Source: Candidatus Poribacteria bacterium (GTDB taxonomy: Bacteria > Poribacteria > WGA-4E > UBA9662). Taken from it: a stretch of 64,000 bases of DNA. The position numbers and the translations under genes were made by a program. The stretch is taken from contig JAYZAL010000019.1 of assembly GCA_036339735.1 (NCBI GenBank), forward strand, positions 1 through 64,000. The letters are read 5' to 3'. Position 1 is the stretch's first letter, and each line of letters opens with the position of its first letter. The notes under the pieces are model-generated. The model did not search any database. It saw only the letters and a program-made list of their open reading frames with translations, and was not told the origin of the DNA. Positions 1-9,312 of the stretch are shown here, piece by piece.

Positions 1-70
1 GACAGGAAACCAGATTGATTTCTTGGTCAGAGACAAAAGCCGTTTTGTAACTGTAATCAGCTATAATCAC
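1..70 (-). pseudogene. Fragment resembling the C-terminus of T4-like phage clamp-loader subunit gp44 (runs off the window edge)
   Basis: Minus-strand translation from GTG at 70 gives VIIADYSYKTAFVSDQEINLVSC, like the 'IIA.YQY..AFVADQEINL.AC' stretch of T4-like gp44 as I recall it; in-frame TAA two codons upstream. Confidence 0.6.
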
Positions 71-219
71 CCTTTACCTGTGTTAGTTTCTTTATTTATG
101 CCAGCATGACATTACTTATCGGTCATTATATTCATGGAAAATTGTCTGTCGGCGGACTTGCTTCTAGGACTTCCAAACAATTTCCAAATTCAACTTTTTT
201 ATTGCTTCGTTTTTCTCTG

Positions 220-483
220 CTAATTCTTATAGTAGGTCCAGTTGTCCTTGTCTGACTGATCTCTATCTTTCTTGGGGGGATCTTTTATCAGACCTTTTCG
301 TATTAGAATTTCTTCTCGTTTCTTATTCAACTTTTCCCTGCCATCTTTGTCAATCAGAATATCTCTGAAAAGCTTAATGTGGATTAATCCAAAATCTTCA
401 AAATTGCGAGTCCTGATTGCTTCGTGTAACTCTGCCCAAAGAAAAATGACAACCAACCCGAAAATAACCGTAAGAGTCTCCAT
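220..483 (-). CDS. Small hypothetical protein with N-terminal membrane anchor
   Basis: 87 aa ORF, hydrophobic N-terminus, charged tail, AGGGA upstream of ATG. Confidence 0.55.
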   Translation of the reverse strand: METLTVIFGLVVIFLWAELHEAIRTRNFEDFGLIHIKLFRDILIDKDGREKLNKKREEILIRKGLIKDPPKKDRDQSDKDNWTYYKN

Positions 484-652
484 GAATTTCCCTAGTATTT
501 GATGATTTAACTAATTGATTTAGCTTGATACTGATTGCCACGTTCATTTACATAACCAAGACTATCCTGAAATGACTTTTCGACAGTAAGTATTTAATGT
601 AAAAGACGTCTAAATCTAGGAAAAAGATAGTAAAAAACGGGGGGGATGGTTA

Positions 653-680
653 ATGTCTGATAATGACACTTATCGGACCT
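653..680. other. 11-6-11 imperfect palindrome, dif/Xer-like site
   Basis: ATGTCTGATAA-TGACAC-TTATCGGACCT with ATAA-N6-TTAT core; related arms at 116-126 and 760-770. Confidence 0.35.
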
Positions 681-794
681 TAATCCCCCAACTGGCATCC
701 TCTAACCACAACCCCTTGTAGAGAGATTGTCATTTTTCAGACTCAAAACCCCAAAATAAACGTCCGATAACTAGTGCCAGACTGGTATTTGGGC

Positions 795-899
795 CTAAGA
801 TTTATTTTTCAATCTGTCTAATGCTTCTGCTGCACTGCTACGAACAACACTATTTTCATCACCTAACAATCCGACGTATCTTCTGAAAACATCTAACAC
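795..899 (-). pseudogene. HEAT-repeat remnant
   Basis: Translates to VLDVFRRYVGLLGDENSVVRSSAAEALDRLKNKS*; LxDxxxxVRxxAAEAL is a HEAT/PBS-lyase repeat signature; in-frame stop just upstream. Confidence 0.5.
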
Positions 900-1080
900 G
901 CATCATTACCAGTAATCCCTCCAGGAAAGGTGATTGTATTGATTCACGACTAATTTCGATGTGCGTGCAGGCTGAGATTGGTTCGTTAAAAATTTTGCGA
1001 AATCTTGATAGAGGGGACGATCTATAGACAAATAATTAAAGAAATGCCTAGCGAATCGGATTAGACTCTTCGTTAGTATA

Positions 1081-1162
1081 AAAAAATACTGGGTAGAAGA
1101 TGAGTGCTACAACTACCCAGTGGTCTGTTGATCGTTGCACATAAAGGAGACACATGCAACGA
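1081..1162 (-). ncRNA. Candidate two-hairpin small RNA with intrinsic terminator
   Basis: Stems TCGTTGCA/TGCAACGA (1132-1162) and ACTGGGTAG/CTACCCAGT (1088-1121), followed by a U-tract on the minus strand. Confidence 0.3.
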
Positions 1163-2008
1163 CGAATTTATACCTTTTTTAATGTGAGTTTAGGCTTATA
1201 AATGTGTATCTTTTAATTGATTTATGGTTAAGAAATAGTTAAGGGATTAAAAAACTGCCTAAGAAGATCAGGCTGAATACTCTTTAACCAACCATTTCTT
1301 AGGCGTAGATCAAATGTTCAATACTTACAACCTGCTTGGTGGGATTACACCAATATCTATGGGATTCAATTCTAGAGTGGTTTAACAAAATTCTAAATAG
1401 GCTGTTTAAAGAACAACTAGCCTAAATATAATAGCAAGTGAACCCCTTGTTTTTTGAGTAATCTGGGTTAAGTGCTAAGTAGCTACAATGAGACTAATCA
1501 AGGATGAGTTGAAAGTGCAAATGCACCTTCTAAGTCAGCATTTAACAACTCGTATTTCAGATATGCAGAAAACTAGGAAACACTCTTGGAGATGACCCTG
1601 CCTAATTTAGCGAAACCTCATTCTTTGATGTTTTTTCTAATATTAATCAAGGAATATTATGACTTTGAATACCCGATCAGATTCATTAGCAGATATTACC
1701 CGAGTTTTAATTAATAATCTTTATCCAACTTATAAATGGTGGAGCAAGGGAAAAAGCTTATATCAAGCGATACAAAGATATAAACAACGCAGTAGTCATT
1801 CCATTCCGATAGTTAAAACCACCATGTACATGCCTGCATCACCTACGCCCCCAAACATAGCAATTAGGCATATAACTTCCAAAAGCCAATCGCATTAATT
1901 GTCTCTTTATGTGCCAAATTCACCTTAAAGTCTGTACCTAATTTTGGCCCACAACCAGATAAACAGACTCGCTACATAGATACAGCTATCCAGTTGAACA
2001 AATCTTAT

Positions 2009-3022
2009 TCAGTGTCCCAGTTTCTCTTTGGTCTTGTCAGTTAGTCGGATGTGCGGCGGAGACATGCCCTTTAGTAATACAGAAGAGTCACTATTCACCT
2101 GCGCCAGTGGGTGGAGCTTTGTCAAGGATGGGTTAGCAGAATAGTCTTTGTCTTCTCTAGGCTCGTTAAACCAACATGGAGAAAATTCCAAAATGCGTTT
2201 CTGACGCTCAGTGAGTTCAGGGTCGTTGGTATCATATGCAACATCACCATGGTGCATGCCAAAAGGAACATATTTATAGAAGAGTGTACGACGCTCACCT
2301 ATACCTGACCATGGGATTGTGCCGTGTGTAAGCTTTTCGGTAAACAAAATACAGTCTCCAGCCTTGGCGGCGACTCGGTGTACTGGCACATCTTCATCCC
2401 AGTTTGGAAGTTGCAACGTCCATTGAGTATTACACCAGTTTCGCCTCCAGTCGCCTTCAATGTTCCGCATCTTTTTCTCATTAGCTGGCTTATGTGTACC
2501 CAGAACACAACCAAAGCCACCATCATTTGGTCCGACTGTCTTAAGTTCATAAACACAAGTAATATGAAAATTACTAGAACCTCCATGTAATGTTCCACCT
2601 TTGTCTTCACCTTCTGTCACTTTTCGGCTAGGCTTGTAATGTATATTGTCATGATCTAGCCGGAACAATGGTCGAAGATCTGCTGGCATGTGCGCCGGGG
2701 CATGGCCCCACGATGGGTCCCCAAGAATCTCTTCCAAGATAGGTAGCATGACCTCATTGTCGATTAGGTCCCTGTAAGCTTTACTCCAGAATCTTCTTCC
2801 TGCGTAGGTGTTTCCGTGCCGGTCTGTTGTCTGGTAAGTGCTACGTCCCTGGATGGAGAATCGAATTTTTTTATCTGTACTACTCTTAGATCGTATTTCT
2901 TCTTGCTTTTCGATTTTCTGATCATATACTTCATTGAGTTCGTCGAGCTGATCTTGATCAAGCACGTTGGGTACGATTATATAGCCTTGTTGTGCGAATG
3001 TGTCGCGCATCATGTCGTTCAT
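2009..3022 (-). CDS. Phytanoyl-CoA dioxygenase (PhyH) family protein
   Basis: 'FAQQGYIIVPNVL' N-terminus, 'AKAGDCILFTEKLTHGTIPW..RRTLFYKY' C-terminal motif; AAGGAG RBS. Confidence 0.85.
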   Translation of the reverse strand: MNDMMRDTFAQQGYIIVPNVLDQDQLDELNEVYDQKIEKQEEIRSKSSTDKKIRFSIQGRSTYQTTDRHGNTYAGRRFWSKAYRDLIDNEVMLPILEEILGDPSWGHAPAHMPADLRPLFRLDHDNIHYKPSRKVTEGEDKGGTLHGGSSNFHITCVYELKTVGPNDGGFGCVLGTHKPANEKKMRNIEGDWRRNWCNTQWTLQLPNWDEDVPVHRVAAKAGDCILFTEKLTHGTIPWSGIGERRTLFYKYVPFGMHHGDVAYDTNDPELTERQKRILEFSPCWFNEPREDKDYSANPSLTKLHPLAQVNSDSSVLLKGMSPPHIRLTDKTKEKLGH

Positions 3023-3688
3023 CTTCTAATCTCCTTTACATGTAAGAATTACACAGAACATTTATTGCACACGGGATAGATGATAAAAATGAGTTTTTGG
3101 CAGTGATTGTCAATCGTTTTTTACAAACATTTAGCCAACTTATGCTACCGAGTTAAACTGAAAGTTTGGTTTACTGGATTACCCGGATTGGGTCATTATG
3201 AAATCTGAAAAACAAAAGTTGCCTTATCTTAGCACGATCCCGGTTATGATTCTATTTTGGGCTAAGTAGATCAATCAATTTGAGAGTATAAATAACGGAA
3301 TAAAAACAAAAGGATCGGTGATGAATGATAGACATACATCTTCAGAAAAATAGCTTAGTAGGAAGGTGAAAAAGAAATAAGAAATTTGAGGGGGATGTGG
3401 ATTTACTTCGATAAGTTCAAGCAAATCGGGCATGTAAAAATTAGGGAACTTGTGGTTCTAAAGCGATTTTATTAAATCTATTGTACAATCTAAATATGAA
3501 CAAAATATGGTAACAGAGGTATTCTTCCAACCAAAAAATGAGTAAAACTCGGCGACAATAGTATTTCTACCCCTTTCTGTAAATTATGTCGACTCCTCTA
3601 TTTCGCTTTATGGCCTTCATCCCAAAAGCATGATCTGATTTTTGTCGTTTCAGATAAAATAGGATCGATTGGCAAAATTCAGTTTGAT

Positions 3689-3880
3689 CTAGTTATTTGG
3701 AGGTGAGTGTCTAGAATCAGAAAAATGGCTAACCAAACTTAGTAAACCAACTAGACCAATAAAACTAAAAAGGGTAATTTCACGAAATTCTAATGGAACT
3801 AAAGATTCAACCACACCCAAACAGGACATAATAACGAATAAGCCAAAAGCTAAAAAAGGTAATCTTTTGAAAAAGTGCAT
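3689..3880 (-). CDS. Small two-TM hypothetical membrane protein
   Basis: 63 aa, two hydrophobic segments, AGGA upstream. Confidence 0.45.
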   Translation of the reverse strand: MHFFKRLPFLAFGLFVIMSCLGVVESLVPLEFREITLFSFIGLVGLLSLVSHFSDSRHSPPNN

Positions 3881-4074
3881 AAGATGTTCCTATATAAAAG
3901 GTTTACTGAAAAAAGATTTGAGTACTAAAAATGTATTGTTTAAATTTAATGTTTTCAAGTAAACAGGAGGGTATGACTTTTAGTTTTCGGATATGACTTT
4001 CAAAAATTTACTGATTAACTTCGGTTAGTCAATTAACATAATTCTATCAGTTCAGAACCATATCCAATAAATAT

Positions 4075-4332
4075 TCAACCATCGGTTCGAAATAACAAGG
4101 AAAGGCGATTAATGGATTGATACTCATGTATTAACTGAAATCTAACGTCATAGAATGCCGATAATTCTGAGCTAATCTTTTTGTCATTATGCTTTTTTTC
4201 CTTTTCTAACCTATCTATACGCGAGTTCAAAATCTCGATTGCTATCTTAAGGTCTGAGAGCTGTGTATCATTATCTATCTTTTGACCAATTTTGCATCTT
4301 TGAATTAGACCGCCGGCAATTTTGAGTATCAT
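4075..4332 (-). CDS. Hypothetical protein (coiled-coil-like)
   Basis: 85 aa ORF with GAGGG upstream; no recognisable motif. Confidence 0.35.
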   Translation of the reverse strand: MILKIAGGLIQRCKIGQKIDNDTQLSDLKIAIEILNSRIDRLEKEKKHNDKKISSELSAFYDVRFQLIHEYQSINRLSLLFRTDG

Positions 4333-5139
4333 ATTTCCCTCTTCAGTATATGACTTTTGATCACAAAAAGGGCTAAAGACCAGAATAATAAACAGTGAAA
4401 ATTAACTCTGATCAGATTGATATTAGGTGACCAAGTAATAATACTGCATGACCCTTTCGCACTTTAGGATCGTACAATTAGCACAATTCTCAAAACTTAC
4501 CTTCGCCACTACTTTACATGTATCGACAGAAAGATCAAAAACTTGGACAATTCACGCGTATATTCAATAAATTTATAATCGAAGTTGTGAGAAATTACTT
4601 TTACAAATAATTGGAATTGTCTCGAAACTTAATCCAGTGTTGATTTAATCAACAATCATGGTTTGGATTGGTTATTTCCAAATAAGCAAAAGAATACTGA
4701 CTTTTATTTCGGACTCAAAAGTTGCAACGAACTAATTACAAGAGAATTAGGCTCACACAATGTATTGTATTTCTTGGTATAGGTTATAAAAAATTGAGTT
4801 TGCAAATTACCATTTTAAAAAAATTAGAATATATGTAGAAACAAGATTTTGTTAGAGTTAATTTTTAACTATACGGAGATAGATAACTTTGACCTAGAAA
4901 GATCAAGAAACAAGCAGTAGTTGTCAGTCTTAAATGAAACTTTCTTAAGTTTTCCACTAAAGAAAGAGCGACAATCGGATTAGTACACTGTAAACTCACA
5001 TTTGTTGATAATTCAAACAGTAAAAAATTCAGAAGCGAATAAATATTTTCTTAATTTATACACACTGAATAATATAATTTAGTCTGTGAAAAACTAGACT
5101 CATACCTGTATTTATGCGTGAGCCATATTACTCCATAAT

Positions 5140-5469
5140 TTGCAATCTAATACAAGTAAGGCCAGTTTGTTTGATGGGAATAACTTGGCTGTCGATATAT
5201 TATTAAGCTCCTTATCACAAAAAAACAGATTTTTTGTGACTTTCGTTTCAGGATACTTTTTCGGGGTTTTCTCTGTGTGGTGTTATTGGTACTTTGCAGC
5301 CAAGTTTGCACCAACAGAAAAGATCGCGGCGGAGATCTTAAGCAAAGATGGATCACCAATGATTATTGCACCCCTTGTAATACCAATTTATCTAGTAGGT
5401 TATTTTATAATAGTGTGGCCGGTGGTATTCACCATAACTAAATTGTACCCAAATGGTAAAATTAAATAA
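5140..5469 (+). CDS. Hypothetical two-TM membrane protein (start uncertain)
   Basis: Two hydrophobic helices in a 109 aa ORF. Confidence 0.45.
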   Translation: MQSNTSKASLFDGNNLAVDILLSSLSQKNRFFVTFVSGYFFGVFSVWCYWYFAAKFAPTEKIAAEILSKDGSPMIIAPLVIPIYLVGYFIIVWPVVFTITKLYPNGKIK

Positions 5470-5719
5470 ATAAAGTTCACCCTTAATTATAAAAACGTAA
5501 TCACAGAATCATACGAGTTCACAATTCAAGTATTTGTAACCATAGGAATAATGTAGTTAGATAAACTCATTGAGCCGTACCAACACTCATATGATTGAAT
5601 ATATAAACATTATAGGATAAAACTAGAGACATAGCCTGAGTTTTTCGCTACACTTTTTTTGAACTGGCACGAGCAATACACTAATATTCATAATATTATT
5701 CTTGAGGCTAAACCTAATA

Positions 5720-7030
5720 ATGAAAACTACACCTTTGTTTACTAAAATAGTATTTTTCTTTTTGACAATTTTGTTAACATCTTTTTTGATGACACCAACT
5801 ATAGGTCAAGAAGCTGACCTATCTGTCATTTTACAGAGGGATGGTCAACTCAATATTCTAACTCAATCCTTAAAAACGGCTGATCTGTTAAGTGTTTTGA
5901 AATCAGAAGGACCATTTACTATATTCGCTCCTACTGACCAAGCATTTTCAAAATTACCTAAAAGAGCTTTAGAAAACCTTTTATCTGATACTAGTAAATT
6001 AGAGGAAATACTTCTATACCATGTCATAAATGGCCTCGCGGTAGCTGATGATTTTGTTCGACTCAATCAACTTGGAATTAATGAATTTAAAACCTTGAAC
6101 AAGAAAAATGTCGAAGTCAGCGTGAATAGCGAAGGTCTTTTTATAAATCAAAACTCAAATGTTATACAAACAGATATTTTAGCTCGAAATGGGGTAGTTC
6201 ACGTAATTGATACGATATTACTACCCCTCGAATCTAATTCAAAAGAAAGGGAAGGTGATAACACCAATACAAAAATAGATGAAGTAAGGTCGTTAATTCA
6301 ACAAGCTATAAGCCTGGGAGTCCCACTTTACAATTCGGGCTCCTATATGGCTTGCGAATCTATTTATAGAATCACTTTGAAAGCAATAGGAACATTGACC
6401 GATGGTGTTACAGATAACAATTTGATTAAAAACGCAATCAGAGAATCAGAATCAATAGATCCAAAAGATGGTGCTTGGGTATTAAGATATATGCTTGATG
6501 AAATCTATGCTTCAACTACAAATAACTCTATGCTTGAAGCAGAAAAAACTATATTTGACTTTTCTGGTAAAGATAATTCTGATTGGTATTTGCTCAACGA
6601 TAACGTCATGGGTGGAGTATCAAAAGCTCGGGTCTCAAAAACCACTGAGAAAACAATGAAGTTTAGAGGACGTTTATCTCTAAAGAACAATGGAGGCTTT
6701 AGTTCTACTCGGAGCCAAATACCTGATTTTTCTCTGGCTGGCTACGATGGATTAATGCTTAAAATACGCGGTGATGGTCGATATTACTCATTATTAGTTA
6801 GTAATCAACAACGGAGAGGAACATGGCAAACTAAATTTAAGACAAACAAAAAATGGGAAATAGTGAAAGTCCCTTTCAATCAAATGCAAATGTCAATCAG
6901 GGGTTGGCGTCCGAGATCTGCTCCAAAGATCATGGGCGATCGAATTAAAACAGTAGGTTTTATTATCGCCGATAAAAATGAACAACCTTTTGAACTAGAA
7001 GTTGATTGGATTAAGGGCTATATTGACTAA
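5720..7030 (+). CDS. Secreted fasciclin (FAS1) domain + CIA30 domain protein
   Basis: Signal peptide; FAS1 motifs 'GPFTIFAPTDQAF' and 'NGVVHVIDTILLP'; CIA30 motifs 'NDNVMGGVS', 'NNGGFSS', 'RGDGRYY'. Confidence 0.9.
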   Translation: MKTTPLFTKIVFFFLTILLTSFLMTPTIGQEADLSVILQRDGQLNILTQSLKTADLLSVLKSEGPFTIFAPTDQAFSKLPKRALENLLSDTSKLEEILLYHVINGLAVADDFVRLNQLGINEFKTLNKKNVEVSVNSEGLFINQNSNVIQTDILARNGVVHVIDTILLPLESNSKEREGDNTNTKIDEVRSLIQQAISLGVPLYNSGSYMACESIYRITLKAIGTLTDGVTDNNLIKNAIRESESIDPKDGAWVLRYMLDEIYASTTNNSMLEAEKTIFDFSGKDNSDWYLLNDNVMGGVSKARVSKTTEKTMKFRGRLSLKNNGGFSSTRSQIPDFSLAGYDGLMLKIRGDGRYYSLLVSNQQRRGTWQTKFKTNKKWEIVKVPFNQMQMSIRGWRPRSAPKIMGDRIKTVGFIIADKNEQPFELEVDWIKGYID

Positions 7031-7780
7031 AGGCAAAGTCCCTTAGATTATTTTAGGAGATCTAAACTTTTTCTGTAACAAAATCAAAAAGTACGACTCA
7101 ACATACCTAGAGATAGTGTGAATACATTAATCAAAGAGACGGCCAGAGCTACAATAGCAACCTTGGAGAATCGGCCCATTCAGTACTTTTTTAAGAGTAT
7201 TTGCTGATTGATACAATCAACGATCAAAATAATCGGTATCTGAAAAATCTTTTCATCGATGATTCAATTGCACCAACATTCGGGTCTAATTGAATGTGCT
7301 GCTTCTCAGTTACCTCTCTTTGAGTGAGATTTCACACTATATGGTATTCACAGCATCGGATGAAAGTATCAACTAAGTCTAAAGAAAAAATCGAATAAGA
7401 ATAATCAAGACCCGCGATCAAGTTCAATTTTTTTGCTTCGACTCAAATTTCAACTAGTACTCAATATCTTCATACCTTTCTACTGAAAGGTAAGTTGATA
7501 CTTCTAGCTTACTTCTTTTTTTCAGTATTTTATTTATACTCAGTTCTTAATCAAGTATTGAACATGATGTTCAAGTAAATTTATGCATAAAACGTGCTAA
7601 TATATTTGAGATACGACTTGAACTCTATCTATTTGTGGAAAGTATACGATCGAAAGAAATAGAGTTTCGTCCATACGGTCATCAATCAATTTGGATATTT
7701 GGTTAAATTCGCTGAATTTAGATCGTACAATTCCGCCATACCGCCAAATCTAAAATTATCAAATCAGAAACAGGTTAAGT

Positions 7781-9181
7781 ATGATTAACACAGAACAAAA
7801 AGCACTCAGTATCAACTTGAATAATGATATTTATGGAACTTTTGCTGAAATTGGTGCTGGACAGGAAGTTGCACGGTACTTTTTTAAAGTTGGTGGTGCC
7901 GCAGGTACTGTTGCGAAAACAATGTCGGCATATGATATGGCTGTTTCTGACTCAATATATGGAAGAGGAGAAAGTGGTAGATACGTTTGCGAAGAGCGTC
8001 TCCAAAGGATGCTAGACCGTGAATTTTCACTACTTGAAAATCGCCTAAGACAGGATCGGCCCTCCGCACAATTCTTTGCTTTTGCTAATACGGTAGCTGC
8101 AAGTAGTTTCAAAACAAAAAGTACTGGTCATGGTTGGTTGGGAGTACGATTTCAAAGTAAACCAAACGAACCACCAAGTGACGTAATCCTTCATGTTCAG
8201 CTACTAGATAATCAAAATTATCTACAACAAGAAGCTCTTGGTATTATTGGAGTAGATTTAGTTTATGCTTGTTTTCATTATATAGAAAAATCGGAGAAAT
8301 TCATTTCTTCTTTAATGGCAGATTTAAGTCTCAATAGAATTGAAATTGACATGATAAAAGTCAAAGGACCTGCATTTGCGAAAAAAGATCCACGTTTATT
8401 GAATTTAGAACTAATAAAAAATAATTTTTCCCAAGCAATTATATTTGATGAGAATGGGCAAATCTTGCAGACTTCTGAGGCTTTATATAAATCACATCCA
8501 TTAATATTAAGAGGAAGTTTCAGGCCACCCACCCACGTCAATTTTGATATGATTAATTCGGGTCTTGATGCTTTCAAAAGAGACATTCCAAAAAATCAAC
8601 TTGATCATTTATTAATCTTACCAGAGATTAGTATGAGTAAATTATTGGAACCCGGAGGCTTAGAAAATGAAGATTTCCTTGCGAGGGTTGATCTACTTTC
8701 AGCTCTAGGCCATAAGGTTATGATTAGCAACAAAAATTCATTTCATGATTTAAATAGTTACTTGATGAAATTCACGTCTGGTAACATTGGTTTTGTTGTA
8801 GGGATCTACAATCTGGAAGCCTTATTCGATGAAGAAAACTATGAGGAAGACAAATATGGAGCACTAAGGTTGATCGGAACTTTATTTTCAAGACAAACTA
8901 AGCTTTACGTTTATCCTGCAGAAAAGAAAGGTAGAGGTATTTTCCATTCAGCCGATGCTAATATATCTAATTCACTAATCCTGTTAAGGCAGATGCTAAT
9001 CGAAGAAAAAAGGATCATTGATCTGACGAATTACCACCCAGACCATTTTAATATATGGTCGCGTGATGTCATTAAAATGATCGAGAATGGAAACAATAAT
9101 TGGCAAGATATGGTTCCTCAATTGGTAGTTGATACTGTAATTGAAAAAAACTTATTTGGTCATAAGAATCAACCAATCTAA
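7781..9181 (+). CDS. Nicotinate/nicotinamide-nucleotide adenylyltransferase-like conserved protein
   Basis: Family motifs 'YGTFAEIGAGQEVAR', 'KTMSAYDM', 'RGSFRPPTHVN' (HxGH-like). Confidence 0.7.
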   Translation: MINTEQKALSINLNNDIYGTFAEIGAGQEVARYFFKVGGAAGTVAKTMSAYDMAVSDSIYGRGESGRYVCEERLQRMLDREFSLLENRLRQDRPSAQFFAFANTVAASSFKTKSTGHGWLGVRFQSKPNEPPSDVILHVQLLDNQNYLQQEALGIIGVDLVYACFHYIEKSEKFISSLMADLSLNRIEIDMIKVKGPAFAKKDPRLLNLELIKNNFSQAIIFDENGQILQTSEALYKSHPLILRGSFRPPTHVNFDMINSGLDAFKRDIPKNQLDHLLILPEISMSKLLEPGGLENEDFLARVDLLSALGHKVMISNKNSFHDLNSYLMKFTSGNIGFVVGIYNLEALFDEENYEEDKYGALRLIGTLFSRQTKLYVYPAEKKGRGIFHSADANISNSLILLRQMLIEEKRIIDLTNYHPDHFNIWSRDVIKMIENGNNNWQDMVPQLVVDTVIEKNLFGHKNQPI

Positions 9182-9312
9182 CTCATGTTGTCTAAGAAAC
9201 ACAATATGGGAGAAATAGATCAAAATATAGACAATTAAAAAACTTTTATGAAGATAGAACATTATCCTCATCCGTATCAGATTTTTGATTATTGAATTTA
9301 ATATCTTTCGCA

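Noticed and set aside
1659-1898. 79 aa ORF in the gene-poor region
   Set aside because: No recognisable motif; the opposite strand reads as a hydrophobic fragment, so neither frame is supportable.
5664-5682. TGGCACG as a sigma54 promoter before the fasciclin gene
   Set aside because: No GC at the -12 position.
7364-7503. AAGTATCAACT / AGTTGATACTT inverted pair as MITE ends
   Set aside because: Only 11 bp in AT-rich DNA, no target-site duplication and no second copy seen.
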